Shown: piece after piece, positions 38,738-53,400 of the stretch | Position numbering within the stretch: position 1 is the stretch's first letter | Layout: each line of letters begins with the position of its first letter | NCBI RefSeq assembly: GCF_009914755.1 | Contig: NC_060938.1 | Source: the human T2T-CHM13v2.0 reference genome, Homo sapiens | Length of the DNA: 64,000 nucleotides | Strand: one strand, 5' to 3' | Made by a program: the position numbers and the translations under genes | Notes under the pieces: model-generated | Told to the model about the DNA's origin: nothing | Databases searched by the model: none | The model's input: only the letters and a program-made list of their open reading frames with translations

Positions 38738-40745
38738 TACCAAAGCTATACAATTTCTCAAAGATAATTATTGTCTAGCATTTTTACCAATGAAGAAATT
38801 ATTTTATAATAGGAGATTATATTCATAATACTTAAATTTCTCCAAAACATTAGCAAGAATATGCTATCGTAAAGATTAATCTTATCATGGCCAATCTTGA
38901 ATACCTTGACAATCTTCATAGTACCAAAACATGTCCATATTGATTTTTCAAAAAACAGATGTTGAAATTAAATCATACGTTTTGGTTTTGTTTTCATTAA
39001 TCCCATTGCTTCAAAACCCATTGCTTTTCAGCCTTGGTCCTAAAAGTATGGCTAATGATTTTCTCCTGTATGTTCTGTCTTCCAAACCTTCTAAATTATT
39101 TTGTTTCATGCAATGCTCTTATTTTTGACAATTTACCTTTTTTTTTCCTGTTTATTCTCTTGTCTTTGGCATCCAGTTTTTTAAGCCTGTGAACTAACAG
39201 CAAGAAACTGGGGTAATTGTGAAAGAGTAGGACTTTTGTTTTTAAAGTAATACTCTTCTTAGTTTTGAATGCATAATGTAAAGCATGTTATAGTTTTATG
39301 AATAAAATTTAACAAAACAGAAAATAATTCAAAAGCATTTTTAGATGTCTATAATTTTACATACCTCACCATATAAAGTATGGCATTATGCATATCTTAG
39401 TAACTTGAGATTCAAATCTAAGGAAATAAGTGGCCCTTATAGAAAATCTTTAACATAGGGACAGTCAATTGGCATTATTTCAGGAAGTACACACTTGAGA
39501 GGCATCGCTGTCCTCCCTTCAGCTAGCCATATTCCGTCAATATATGAAGGTTTACCTATTAGTATGATAAATATCAGATATGACTTTTTACTACCAAAAT
39601 CAGAGCTTAATCATCAGCATTGTTTCTTGCTATTTGTTTGGAGAAATTGTTTCCTGACCCCAACTATAAGACTATAGGACCCAGCTTATGGAATGCTGCC
39701 TTATCTATCTTGGCTGAACTTTCCACACAAAGTGACAATAGTGCATGAAAAACAAGTTTAGTGGACAAGTTTACAGACTGTTTATCCCTGCTTTCTAAGG
39801 AATATTTTTCTAATACGCATTGTATGTATGACAAAATTTAGACTGTGGTTTGCTTTAATGATATAGCATTTGATGAGGTAAGAAGACAGCTACTCAAAAA
39901 TTCAAATTTATTCTGCACTAAAGGCAAACTATTGAAAAGTTTTAAACAAAGAAGAGGCATAATACAATTTGTATTTTAGAACAAGAGCTACAATGAAGAG
40001 CTTGAATTGAGATGAGCTGAGAGAACAGATAGGAAGGCAAATGTCAAGGTAAGTAAAACAAATTCTGTCTTTATTACTTTCCCTCACTTTCATCCATTAA
40101 AATTTTCCCTTCAGCCATTACAAAAAAATGTTTCAAAGGTATCCTTTTAATTGTTTATGTATATTAGTAGAAAAGATTTTAAGCCTTTCACTGCTTACTC
40201 TGTGTTACACAACTATTTAGCTGTAGAGAAAGACATAACTGGTTTCAAAGTTCAATATTACATCATTAGATAATAAGAGGTAGGAAAACAACAAGTGATG
40301 CAAGACAGGCTGTGCTGAATGCTCAAATGGAGGGTTGGAATTTATTCTTTTGAGTAGTGGAGAAGAAGACAATAAGCTGAAGTTTGACAGAGGGGAATAT
40401 TTGAATAATAAGGGGTCAAGCTATTAGAATGTTACAATCAAGAATTAATTTACTAAAATGATTAAGATTAATTAAACAACCCAGTTTCCATTAAAATATC
40501 TGTAGCTTAACATTTCATGTGAGAGAGTGGCAAATATAAATGTTTCAGTTTTACTTGACATCATGATGGATATGGATCAAACCGAAAGCTGCCCAAACCA
40601 TCCATGTTAATTTTGATGGAGTGACCCTATCAACGAGTTTCAGCAAACATTAGTGATATCATGGCTAGCCATGTGTAAGCAGACAATACAAGTCTAGATT
40701 TTTGGATCATTTTCACATAGAACAGACAAGAAAAAATAAGCTTAC

Positions 40746-40878
40746 CACATAGCAAAGCTTTTCATGAATGCGAGCTTGGCTCTGGGCAGCATCCCCTAGG
40801 GTCTGAGCACAAGCTGGCATGAGTTCTGTCATGGTAGGAATATTCAGGATGTTCACTTAACCAGTAAAATCTTCCCTA
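40746..40878 (-). other. Candidate spliced exon (lncRNA or small-ORF start), unverified
   Basis: The minus strand reads tactaaat...catttactcttgtctcccctag|TAG|GGAAG...TATGTG|gtaagc. It lies in DNA where I recognise no repeat. Confidence 0.35.
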
Positions 40879-42705
40879 CTAGGGGAGACAAGAGTAAATG
40901 GGATTCAAAAAAGGTGCCATTTTTTATTTAGTAAAACCTGCGATATGTCTGAATAAGAGCCACAAAAACAAGCGTTTGGGTTTCTGAAAGCCACTGCTCC
41001 CTGCCTATGCCCTAGACTGAAAAGCATATTTTAAAATTTACTTTAATCTTTCTCACTTTTTCTGGTGTTCTATTAGTTCAAAAGGTTTGACAGCATATAC
41101 ATTATACTGTGATTTCATTTTACTGAATATTTAGGGCATTTTTATTTCATTTTTATTCAAAGCAGTCGGAGCCCATTATGGTAGATACCTGCTTGTTAAA
41201 TGCAATATTTTTCCTCTAATGGTAGCTTAGAAATACTCTGATTTAAGTTTATGAAAATCTTCAATGTTAGTAAGTAAAATCACTGAAACTTCTCTTTATT
41301 AAGAAGCACATTTAATTTAAATCATTTTTATCCAAATGAATGTAATGACCAAATAGCAAATACATTAGAGAGGAATTTTTATTGGAAATCCTGGCATAAA
41401 GTTAACTAAAACAACTCTAGAATTCTAGTCAGAGCTCCTATAAAAATAAATCAGATTTATGTTCATGTTGTATACAGCTTATTCTTTGCAAAAGAACAGT
41501 GAGGAGAAAATCAGCAGTATTTAGAAATCTGTTAAGTTTAATAAATGTGCAGGCTTAAAATTCCAGTTGTGAGTTACATGGAAATCTACAAAGAAAGCCA
41601 TATATACAGTTAATTAATTACCACTTTTAGTAATTAACCAACCCCCATATGTTTATATTTATTGAACCAAGAAAAGATGCCATTTAGTGTGCAATTTTGT
41701 GGAAAGTCCATGCAGTGAAATAATAATACTATGTGTATATGAACTTCTAATTGTATGTTTTATTTCAGACTTAAACCTTTTTTATAAAGCAAAAGTCAGT
41801 GGGTAGCCACAGCTGGTAAAAGGAGAAAGCATTTTCTACTGCAGAGAGCTTGTTCATGAACTGTTTGAGCTGGCTTAAAATGGAGTGGATCCTATCACAA
41901 GCAAAGCAGCCACTGGGAAGTCCTAGATATGTTCTTTGTTTGAGGTTATACTGATTTTGACATAAACATGTCAACTCCTTTTTATTCCCTTCCTTTGGAT
42001 GCCATTTCTGTGAAACTTGAAGCTCTTAAAATCAAGACTCAAAGTCTGGAGAGTGTCAAGAGAAGTAGAAATGTGTAAAAATATTGAGTGCTAGGTTTAT
42101 CACTAATAATTTATACTCAACACTCTTGTAAAATACAGTACCACTGTTATTTCCATTTTGGAGGTTAAAAAATAATCTATGAACCTATTAGATTTTTTAA
42201 AAACTTCTAAGCAAGAAATATTTCAACAAAAACAAAACCCTATGAGAATTTTGGTTGAGATTTAACAATTCATTTTCCATGCCATTCACAATCCTCATTC
42301 ATTAATCATTGATGCAAAGCTAACGAAATATGGTTAAAATGGCACCAAGAGAAAAATCAATAGATTCTTAGGAATTTTTAGGAAAAATGTTTTAGTGAGT
42401 TAATTTACTTCTAATTTTATTTTATTTTTATTATTTTTATGTAATACACGTTCCTATGTTTTCAAAAATTAAATAACAATTTAAAACGCATCCATTGTTA
42501 TACTGTTCCTCACTATAATTCCTGAACCTCCATGTAAACCCATTTTTATATCTATCAATTTTTGTTGGTGTCAATTTCATGTTTTTAAATAGCATGACAT
42601 GCCTTTTTATTTTGAAGTTTTTGGCATGATATATTGACCTATCTCTAATGGAAAACTGAAGTTTATCTATGTTACATTATGCCACTGAAATAAACATATC
42701 CCAGC

Positions 42706-43206
42706 TGTTGAACAAGTGACACTTCCTGTCTACCACCAGAAACAGCAGCCCCAGGATACGATCACACTGCATGGTTTTGCAGCATCAAGTTGCCAAGAAG
42801 TCCACGATTTACTCAGATGATAAACAGATCAACAGCTCTACTCACTAAGAGACAGAGCAAGATCAGATTTTATAGTGGGCATAGGTCTCCATGGCCAGTG
42901 GGTCTGGCCCTGAAGTGGACACAGGGAGATAGTATACATGATACCTCTTGTCCTGCAGGCAAGACCCCATTCTCTTTCTCTGTGAACAGATATGGTAGTG
43001 GGATTGACCAGGTGGCACACGACATTTAGCACATGCTTAAGCAGAACAAAGTACACACTGAGTCTGAAACAGGGAAAGAAATTCTCATGCTAGGCAATAA
43101 CCCCCGCAGAGGCAGCTCTTTGTCTCTTAGAAAAGAAGTATTTCAGACCCAAGGCTTTTTCTTTTATGCAGGCTGTAGAGATTGAAAGATTTTTTCTATC
43201 TCAACA
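42706..43206 (-). mobile_element. ERVL-class solo LTR (MER73/MER74/LTR53-like), family uncertain
   Basis: Inverted termini TGTTGA...TCAACA bound a 501-bp block that is GC-richer than its flanks. The flanks CCAGC/CTGGC may be a decayed 5-bp TSD. Confidence 0.55.
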
Positions 43207-44461
43207 CTGGCCAATCCAATGTAGCTCCATAAAGTTTTCAACATTAAGCATTTTTATATAGATTGTATATGTATATATTTCTTTTATATGTATTATATAT
43301 TATACATAAAAATATTTTATACTTATATAGAGTATGTAATGTAATGATATATAATTGCCTATATAATTATTATTCTCTGTTGATCCATAAATATATTCAT
43401 TTCTTATACTTTCTTCATTGAAAGTTTTCTTATGCAATATTTTCGAAAGTTGGTTGCCAGAAATGGCTTAATTACAATTCCTTTTTCATGACACACTCCC
43501 ATTGCTATGCCATGGTCTACTTTTTTTATGTAATTAGCTACTTAATTAGCTAATGCAATTGCATAATACAATAAATACGGTGACTTGATTACCATCCAAC
43601 CTAATTTAACCATTTAACTCATTCCTCTGCCTTCTCTGAAAAAAAGCATCCTTAGTTGTATTTTCATAATTCTATTGTTTTGTAAAAAATATTTTATGCC
43701 ATTTACATAGGCTTTAAATTAATATTTTATTTCAGTTGTTTTAATATCGTGTAAAGGTATACATACAAATTAATGTAATGTACTTATCAATGTAATAAAA
43801 CTGTTCTTCATTTACTATTATATTGATAAAGTTCAAACATATTATTGTGTTTTTTGAAAGAGTGCTTTATAATATTCAGAAGTGAATATAACAAAATAAA
43901 TGTTGTTTCTAGTACCTTATACTATTCAGAAGTGAATATAACACAAGCTTTTCAGCTACTTCTCTTGATGGGCACCGAATTGTTTTCAGTTTTTTCTGTT
44001 TTCCCCACTATCCCTATAAAAACTCTTGTGCACATCTTCTGCTCTTTATGCAAGAAGATTCCTTTAGATAAATATCTGCAGGAAGAACTGTTGGTCATAT
44101 ACCATGAAAAGGTTCAACCTCAGGAGGTGATCTCAAAAGTTTTTCAAAGTGTTTGATTTGCTTGAAAGCCCAGTTATGCATTCCCATACAACTCTGGGAA
44201 GGAGATACACTGCTTTGATATGAACACCTGTCTGGAACATCCTATAAAAGAAGTTAACTTCAATTGCTGAAACTACTACAGTTTTGAGATTATATGTTAG
44301 TGAAACCTAGGCTACCTTAGTTAACAAACACAGATGATATATATCTTCTTCAGAATTTCATGTAGATTTGCTAGTGCATATCATGGTACATTTCAGATAA
44401 CTGGAATTTAATGGAATACATGTGTGGGAATGCATTGTGTGCTTGCATGTAGTTTCCGTAC

Positions 44462-44636
44462 CACAATTTTAAAACCTCAGGCATCAAAATCACTAATAAA
44501 CCTTCACAACATACATTCTTCAGGCTCCAGATCTGGATGTTATCATTCAGTAGGTCTGGGATGGGCCCTAGGAATTGTTACATGATTATATATAAATAGA
44601 TGATAATATTACACGGCTCTGTTTGAAAACAACTGA
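44462..44636. mobile_element. MER5A (hAT-Charlie) MITE
   Basis: attcagtaggtctgggatgggccctaggaatt...tttgaaaacaactg. Confidence 0.65.
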
Positions 44637-45289
44637 TTTTAGGGTTCATTAGAAATTCTGGTAAAATAACAAAATCTGACTGTAAAATACATCTCTCAAA
44701 ACATGCCACTTATAGGACTTGTTGGAATTTGTAGCTAGTTTTTGAAAATTCAGAAGAATATTTAGGCTTTATATATCCGAGCATAGAAATCTTGATTTAA
44801 TAAGTCTCAGTTTAGCCACGAGGCTTTTCGTATATTGACCCACCGTCTCAATGCAAATTTCGATAATGACTTGCCTATAAAATTAGACTCTCAAGTGAGG
44901 AATATTATTTCTGTTTTTCTCCTTTGAGTCAGAAAAACTTAAGATTGTACCACAGCTTGTAAGTAAATGATTGTTTTCCTTGTGAATTTATCAGATATTG
45001 TTACTCTATTGCCAGCAACTTTAGTTCTATTGGTCAAAAATGTGCATAGAACATACTCTGCTCAAGGACTTCGTCTCAGGAGCTGAGCATACAAAAGTAA
45101 AAATACCCTAAAAAGGATACGGATATACAATTCACATTTCTTAGATACTTATTATCATGTAACCCATTAAAGAAGAACATAAAATTGTCAATTTGATCAA
45201 CAATTGGGTCATCAAGCCATGCTTTGAAATCTTAAACTTATCAATTATTTAGTTCCAAACTATATTTCTAACTGCAGTTTCTTTCTAAC

Positions 45290-45672
45290 AAGCTGGCTTG
45301 TGTCTTGCCCTTACCATCTACTGTGTTTTTTATCCTGATATACCCTTATCCAACATATCCTCCTGGCTCCTTTCTTCAGTTCACTCAAATGCCAACTCAA
45401 ATGCCAAATGTCAAAATTTGGGAGGTCTCCTTGAAGAAACCCTTATGTAAAATTGAACCTTCTTGCCTATGCTCTCCCTTTCCCCTTGTCATTTCCCATA
45501 AACTTAATATTTACCTCAATTTAATATCAAATAAATTCTTGCTTGCTTAGTTTTAGTCTTCCTGCATTAAAATACAAGCTTTATGATGGTAGGGACTTTA
45601 AACTGCAGTCACTGTTATATGCCCAGAAAACATGAGAAAAGTGGCTCTTAGTTAAATTTTATCATAAATAAA
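45290..45672 (+). mobile_element. L2a 3' fragment
   Basis: cctggctcctttcttcagttcactcaaatg...tacaagctttatgatggtagggacttt...cactgttatatgcccag. Confidence 0.6.
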
Positions 45673-47067
45673 AGAAGTGTTTAGTAAATCTCAAAGTGCC
45701 ATTTGTCAAATTAAACATACACATCATTCCTTATAAGAAGCATAATAAGAATGGCTAATTATCTTTAAGTTTGGATTGTGTACAGAGAGTTTTAATATAA
45801 AATAATCTGTAATCAATTATTTTTTCTTATTATTACTTTTCTTCTCTTCCCAAGTACAAGAAAATTGCCCAAAAAGGTAGTTTGCTTAAAATAGTATTTC
45901 AAAGACAATAATCATTGTTTCTTTAACAGTTTGGTGATTGAGAGCCAATAATCAGTAGCATCATGAAACATTTTCAAGAACTCCAAAGGAAAAAAAGTAA
46001 AAAATCAATACAGTCTTTGTTTTAACCTTTCTAGAGGAAATCCTTATTTATATTTGTAATACCACATAACTTTTTAAAGTCAAAAAAGAAAATAATTGAT
46101 AAAAATACAATTAATTTACAGGATATCATTAAATAGTCAAACAAGAAGTAAACATTTTCACTATTACAGGCCATCTTCAAATTTTTAAGAAAAATTTCTT
46201 GATAATAAGGAAAATTTCTGATCAAAATTTACTATATTTTAAAACATTTTAAGAATCAAAATGATATCACTTTAAATATTTACTTTGGGGCCCATTTCTA
46301 TAAAATACAAAGGTGTTACATTACGCCATGCTGCTAGGGTTTAAGCCTTGGGCTAATTTTTTTCTGTTTTTTCATGTCCTGCAGACTCTTTACTGATATT
46401 TTTCTATGTATGGATGTTCCAAACTGAAAAAAGTCACAATTCAAACCACACATCATATACATAAGTGAATACTTATGTTTTAGACCAAAATTTTGTTATA
46501 AGAGAAAAAAAAATACCTTATTCAAAAATAAGATCTAGAAATAGCCTAAATATATTTCTTGGGATGCCTCCAAGCTTTTCTTCTATGTCAAATATAATAT
46601 ATTCAGGATTTTCTGTTGGTAAAGTAAATTACCGATCTGTTTCTCTGAGATCACAATAATACCAGGGCAACCTTTTTGTCCGGAAAATTTTTTCTTAACA
46701 ATGTAACGCGGTCTATCATTAAAACAGCCCTATTGGTCAATCCTGATTGCTCTTCCAGCAATCTAGTCCAAGAAGAAAGCCCATTATTAGTCAGTCACAA
46801 TCATTTTCACAATAGACTCTGTGTTACTTAGTGATTTACACTTTGCCCACACAATGAGAAAGACAGCAAAGAACAGCAGAGATTATCATAGGCTAACATT
46901 AACTTGATATTTCTCCAAATTATTTACACAACCCATCCTGGTAGTTTAATAAATTATGTTGTTTAGATTTAAATCCAGGCAGAAACAATATAACTCAATT
47001 AAAATAATAAATGTCAGTTTATTCTCTATATTGTAGTTGCTTCTCTCATTCTGTCACCAAGTATCTT

Positions 47068-47117
47068 TTCTCTCTCTGTCTCTCTCTCTCTCTGTCTCTC
47101 TCTCCTCTCTCTCTCTC
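47068..47117. repeat. (TC)n imperfect microsatellite
   Basis: tctctctgtctctctctctc... Confidence 0.85.
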
Positions 47118-47280
47118 ATATACAATGTGTGTGCTAATTATATATTTACACATAAACATTTCCACTGATTAGAAATGGCCCACAGATCGTCAGAAGTTTT
47201 TTAACATTTGTATACTTGATCATAAGGATTAAATGTAACTATATTCTGACAGAATGAGGTGGGTTAAAAGGCAAACAGTT

Positions 47281-47587
<307 letters not shown>

Positions 47588-49167
47588 AAAAGGCAAGCAG
47601 TTAATTACAGGATTGATATTACAGATTTTTTCTGTTTTATGTTCTACTCCACGCAATGATTCTTAGTAGGTAGTTTCTTATAATGTGATCGAAAGCAAAA
47701 GTTACCTTTGTTATTCAATGAAGAGTAATATCTATGAAAAGTAATCATAGATAATGACTGCTTTTCATCTCTGTATGCAAATGACCTTTAAAATTGACAT
47801 GTGACTAAAAAAAAAAGGCCATTGAAACACAAAAAATAGATAAGTATATGTGTGCTTATTTTCATGTAATATTGACTGACGAAATTCCTGATAAAGCAAA
47901 GGAATATTAAAGTAAATGAAAAAGGCAAATATAACAAAGGTTTTGCAAAGGTAATTTTATGGCAGATATAAATACCTATCACTTTAAAAAGTAGTAAAGT
48001 CATAGTAGATATAATAGGACTTGCTATAAGTTAGAAATAGTGGATATTTTGGATCAAAAGTAATAAATTTATAAAGGTATCCTACTTTGTATAGCCGTCA
48101 TTTACTTGCAGAACTTATTATTTTGTGATTATGATTAAAAAGTCACATTTTCAAAGGAGGCTTCTAATTATAATGGTGTTCTCACAAGTGCCATAATTTC
48201 TAGCCCTAATTCTAAGATCTGTTCATTAGGTGCTACTATCTGTTAAACTGAAACTTTTCTTTTATATTTAAAATTCAATGTCTTTCAACAACAAATAATT
48301 CTGTGACGCACAGCATTTTTGATAACTATCCAAATACTAGTCTTTAGGAATAGTTATATGACTATCAGAAAAAATTGTCAACTTTTTTACCTAAAATGTT
48401 CCTTAAATGCATAGGCTCAAAAACAATAAATTTTTTAGACGCATTTAAGTAGACATTAATTTTCCTAATATGAATATAAATGTTATGGGGTGAATTACAC
48501 AGTTTGAGATTTTAATTGTGTGAACATTTCCTTTGAAAGCTTCAGCAAATGAAATACTTGCAATAGTTTATTTCTTTAAGGGAATCCTTCAAAAAGTCAA
48601 TATCCTAGCTATACATAATCATATAAAAGTATTGGATATCCTTAAATTTAATTCCATATAGGCCATGTAACTAACTACAACCCAATAAAAAAATGTAGCA
48701 AAATTGAAAATATAGCAAAATAATTCATTTCCAAAAAGAGCAACCAAAAAATATCAAATATAAATATAAAAGTCAGTTAACAATTATTTCATTAATATTT
48801 ATTTCAGCTGAAAAACAACATTAATTTACATAATAAATGTTGTTACCATTCTAATTTTTATAATTCATTTGAAGCAAGCAATATTTGCTTGCTAAAAATA
48901 ACATATATCTATAAAGAAATGTTTTTATTTAATTTTAGGGGTATTATATAACTTAAATTTTGTGCTTGCGTTGTAAAAAATTGTATATCCTAATGTATCA
49001 ATGCATCAAAAATACAAATAGAAACTCAGTCTTTATTTTCATTCACCTTTCCCCTAATAGTTTACGTATTTTCTTGGTTATTTTAATACATGGTACCATA
49101 GTAACTCCATTAGCTAACTAATGAGTATAATCTCTGAAATTCTTAGATAAAAAACAATAGTAATTAA

Positions 49168-49463
<296 letters not shown>

Positions 49464-50429
49464 CAAATGATTATTTTTATTGCTAATTTTATTAATACAA
49501 TATAACATATTAAGAAAATTGACTGCTTTTAAGCCATTCTCTTGATCTAGGAATTATTGTACTTTTTTTTCTGTTTAGTATTGCTGTCCAACAGACTTTC
49601 AGAAAAGTTACGGACTTGAAATTGCAGTTATTCAAAAGTAGAGTTTTGATTAATTTTTTTGATATTGATGTAACTCTTTCCCCAGGGGTCTACAGTGAAA
49701 TGCTGGCACTAAAATTGCATTTCTCCTAATTCTGGTAATTCCTCTATTGTTACTTAAAAAATTAGCTAGAATTAACTTCTTACCAAAGCAGCAAATGTGG
49801 AAGCTTATTGGTTTCAAATTATTTTCTAAGGGATGCAAGACTATTTCATTTCCTAGTGTAGATACTGAGAAATAAGATTTTGGGGAATTTTTCAGTTAAT
49901 ATAATAGTAATTAGAAAGTTGAGCTGTATTTTTCTTAAGCTAAGATGTTTTCGACTATACATATCAAGCTGAATAAAATTAAAAGCACCTCAGGATTATT
50001 CTTCTATACTTTTTATTTTATTAGACGACTTTAGCTTTTAGCATACATATTTTTAATGTTATAATTTAGGTGTGAGAAATAAAACTCAGCAAACGTTTAA
50101 ATAAAATTATTCAGAAATGAAGTTTTTGTATGTTGAAACATTTTTAGCTATATTTTCAAATTGTCATCTTTGCAGCATTAGTATACCAAATGGAAAGGCA
50201 TTTATCATTACAAGAGCAAAAAAGAATACTATGAGTAACTATTTCAAAGACATTATTTCAAGAGCATATACCACCCCATTTTTTAATTCTGCTATTGTCA
50301 AAATAAAATTGTACATATTATATTTTGGTGTTTTTCAGTTATGATTCTAAGAAACCATTTTGTTAAAAAAGCGGTATTGTCTATTTAACATTTTCAATAT
50401 GTGGGATTTGTTTGTGTCTTTTGTTTCGC

Positions 50430-53400
50430 TAAGAAAAAAATAGAAACTTTCCAAATCTGAGGAAGAAAAGGGGCATACAAATTCAGAAAGCTAAAAACAT
50501 TACAAATGAATGGAACCCAGAGAGGGAAAAACAGACCCATTACAACCAAATTGCCAAAATCAAAGACAAAGAAAAAAAGTTGAAGCAACAGGACAAAAGA
50601 AAATCCCATGGTATTATTACAAGAGTTTTCCTGAGATTTATCAGTGGGTTGCTAAGAAAAAACATCATAGGTCAAAAGGGTATGAGATGATAAAATTAAA
50701 GTGCTAAAAGAGAAAAACACCACAAAAGAAGAATATCATAACCAGCCAAAATGAAGAAGTAATAATAACAATATTAAAACTTCCCAGATAAACAAAAGCT
50801 GGGAAGACCACCCTAGACAACATACGAAGACCAATCCCTACAAAATTAAAAAACAGATATTCTAAAAAATAAACGGCAAGTAACGCTTTCAAGCTTATTT
50901 TAAGGACAGCATTATTCTGATAAAGACATACAAAGACACCACAGGAAAAGAAAACTGTAAACATTGATGCAAAAAAACCTCAACAAAATATTGGCAAATC
51001 AAATTCAACAGCACATTAAAAAGTATTATACCACCATGACTAATCGAGATTTAATTCTGGAAACCAAGGTTGTTTCAACATGTAAAAATAATTCAATGTA
51101 ATATAGTGCAATAACAGAATAAAGAAAAAAAATGATCACTTCAATTCATGCAGAAAAAGCATTTGAGAAACTTTGACATCATTTTGTGTTAAAAACTTTC
51201 AACAAACTGGGAATAAGGGGAGTATAATTAAGGTCATATATGAAGAGCAGGAAACTAGCATTATACTCAATTATAGCAAACTAAAATTTTTTTTCCTGTA
51301 AGATTGGGAACAAGGAAATGTTATAGGAGTTATTAAGAAATTATTTTAGGCAGATAGAGAGGAAAAAGGGTCCTTGGGAAGTTTTTGTTTCTTTTAAAGC
51401 AGCTCCAGAAATGTTTCTTATCTACCAGGAGAGCCCTGGCTCTTAGAGCCAGGCTGGCAAACTTTAACATGCAAATGCCAGCCCTTAGAAACTGGGTCCA
51501 CCTAAAGATGGTGATTTCCACCACCTTCTTCTTGCCCTTGCCCCAACATGGGCCTGGCCGCATGGCCACCCCCACATATCCCCATGTGTCTAGAACATCA
51601 TGGTGAACTGCATTTGCATATTAAAAGGCTAGGATGTGACAGCCAGTTTTTTCACCCGCCATGTGAATGAGATACCTGGTCAAACCAATCCCCTGAGCCC
51701 TATGCAAATCAGACACCACCTCCTCCAGCCTCCTCACAGAAGCAGCCACTTTTCTGCCCCACACGGGGTTTTCTCTTTGTTAAAATCCCTCCTTTCTCTG
51801 TCTCTGTATGGGGGAGCTGTTTATTTCTTCCTTCTTTCTTGCCTATTAAACTTTTTGCTCCCTGAAACCACTCCATGTGTGTCTGTGTCATTAATCCTAT
51901 GGGCATGAGACCAAGGACCCTGGTATTCCTCCAGTCATCAGAGCCATATCAGCAAGGATACCCTCTCTTGCCACTTCTATTCAAAACAGTACTGGAAGTT
52001 ATTACCAGAGTGATAAGGAAAACAAGTCAAATCGAAACAAAACAAATAGCAGGCATTCAAGCTGTAAAGAAAGAAGTAAAATTACCTCTGTTCATAGATG
52101 ACATGATTTCATATGTAGAAAATTCTCAGGAATCCACAATAATCCCTGTTAAGAATAATAAACAGATTCAGTAGAAATGCACAATACAAAATAAATAGGC
52201 AAAATCTTTTGTTTATACACACCGACATTGAACAATACAAAAAAGTATTAAAGAAACATTCTTATTTACAATAGCATGAAAAAAATAAAATATTTTGTAA
52301 TAAATTTACTCTGGGAACAAAATGACTTGTACTCTGAAAACTGAAAAACATTGCTTAAAGAAATTAAAGAAGACACAAATTATGCTCATAATTAAAATAC
52401 TTAATATTTTTGAAATATCTATAGTACCCAAAACAATCTCCAGATTCACTGCAGTCCCAATCGAAATCCCATTAGCATGTTTTGCAGAAATAGAAAAAAA
52501 ATCATACAGAAATTTATATGCATTATTAAAAGATCCAGAGTAGCCAGAACCATCTTGAGAAAGAAAATAAACGTGGAGATATGATGCTTTCAGATTTCAA
52601 AAGGTATTACAAAGCTATAATCATCAAAGCAGTATTGTACTGGTATATAGAAAAATATACAGACCAATGGAGCTAAATAAAAAGCACAGAAATAAACTGT
52701 CACATATAAAATCAAATGATTTTGACATGAGTTTGAAAGCCAAAAAATGAGAAAACGACCGTTTAAAAAAAAAAAAAAAAGATGTTGAAAAAACTGAAGG
52801 TCTATGTACACACACATAAAAAAAAAAGAAATTGGGCCTGCACTTTGCACAACATACAAAAATTAACTCAAAATGGATTAAATACATAAACTTAAGGCCT
52901 TAAACTGTAAAACTCCTAGGAATAAACACAGAGGTAAGGCCTTATGATATTGAGTTTAGCAGTGATTTCTAGGATATTACACCAAAACAAACACACAAAC
53001 ACACAAACAAACAAAACAGGCAACAAAAGCAAAAATAGACAAATGTGACTACATCAAACTTAAAAGCTTCTGTATAGCAAAGGAAACAATCTAGAGTGAA
53101 AAGGTAACCAAAAGATTAGGGGAACATATTTGAAAACCATATATCTAGTAAGGAGTTAATACTCATGAAAATAAAAAACTTGTATGACTCAACAACAACA
53201 AAAAATATTTGATTAATAAATGAGCAGAGGACTTGATTAGACATTTTTCAAAAGAAGATACATAAATGGCCAAAAGCTTATAAAAAGATACTCAACATCA
53301 CTAATTATCAGGGGAATGCAAATAAAAAACCTCAATGAGCCATAATCTCACACCTGTTAGGATGGCTGTTACCAAAATAAAATAAAATAACATACATGAA

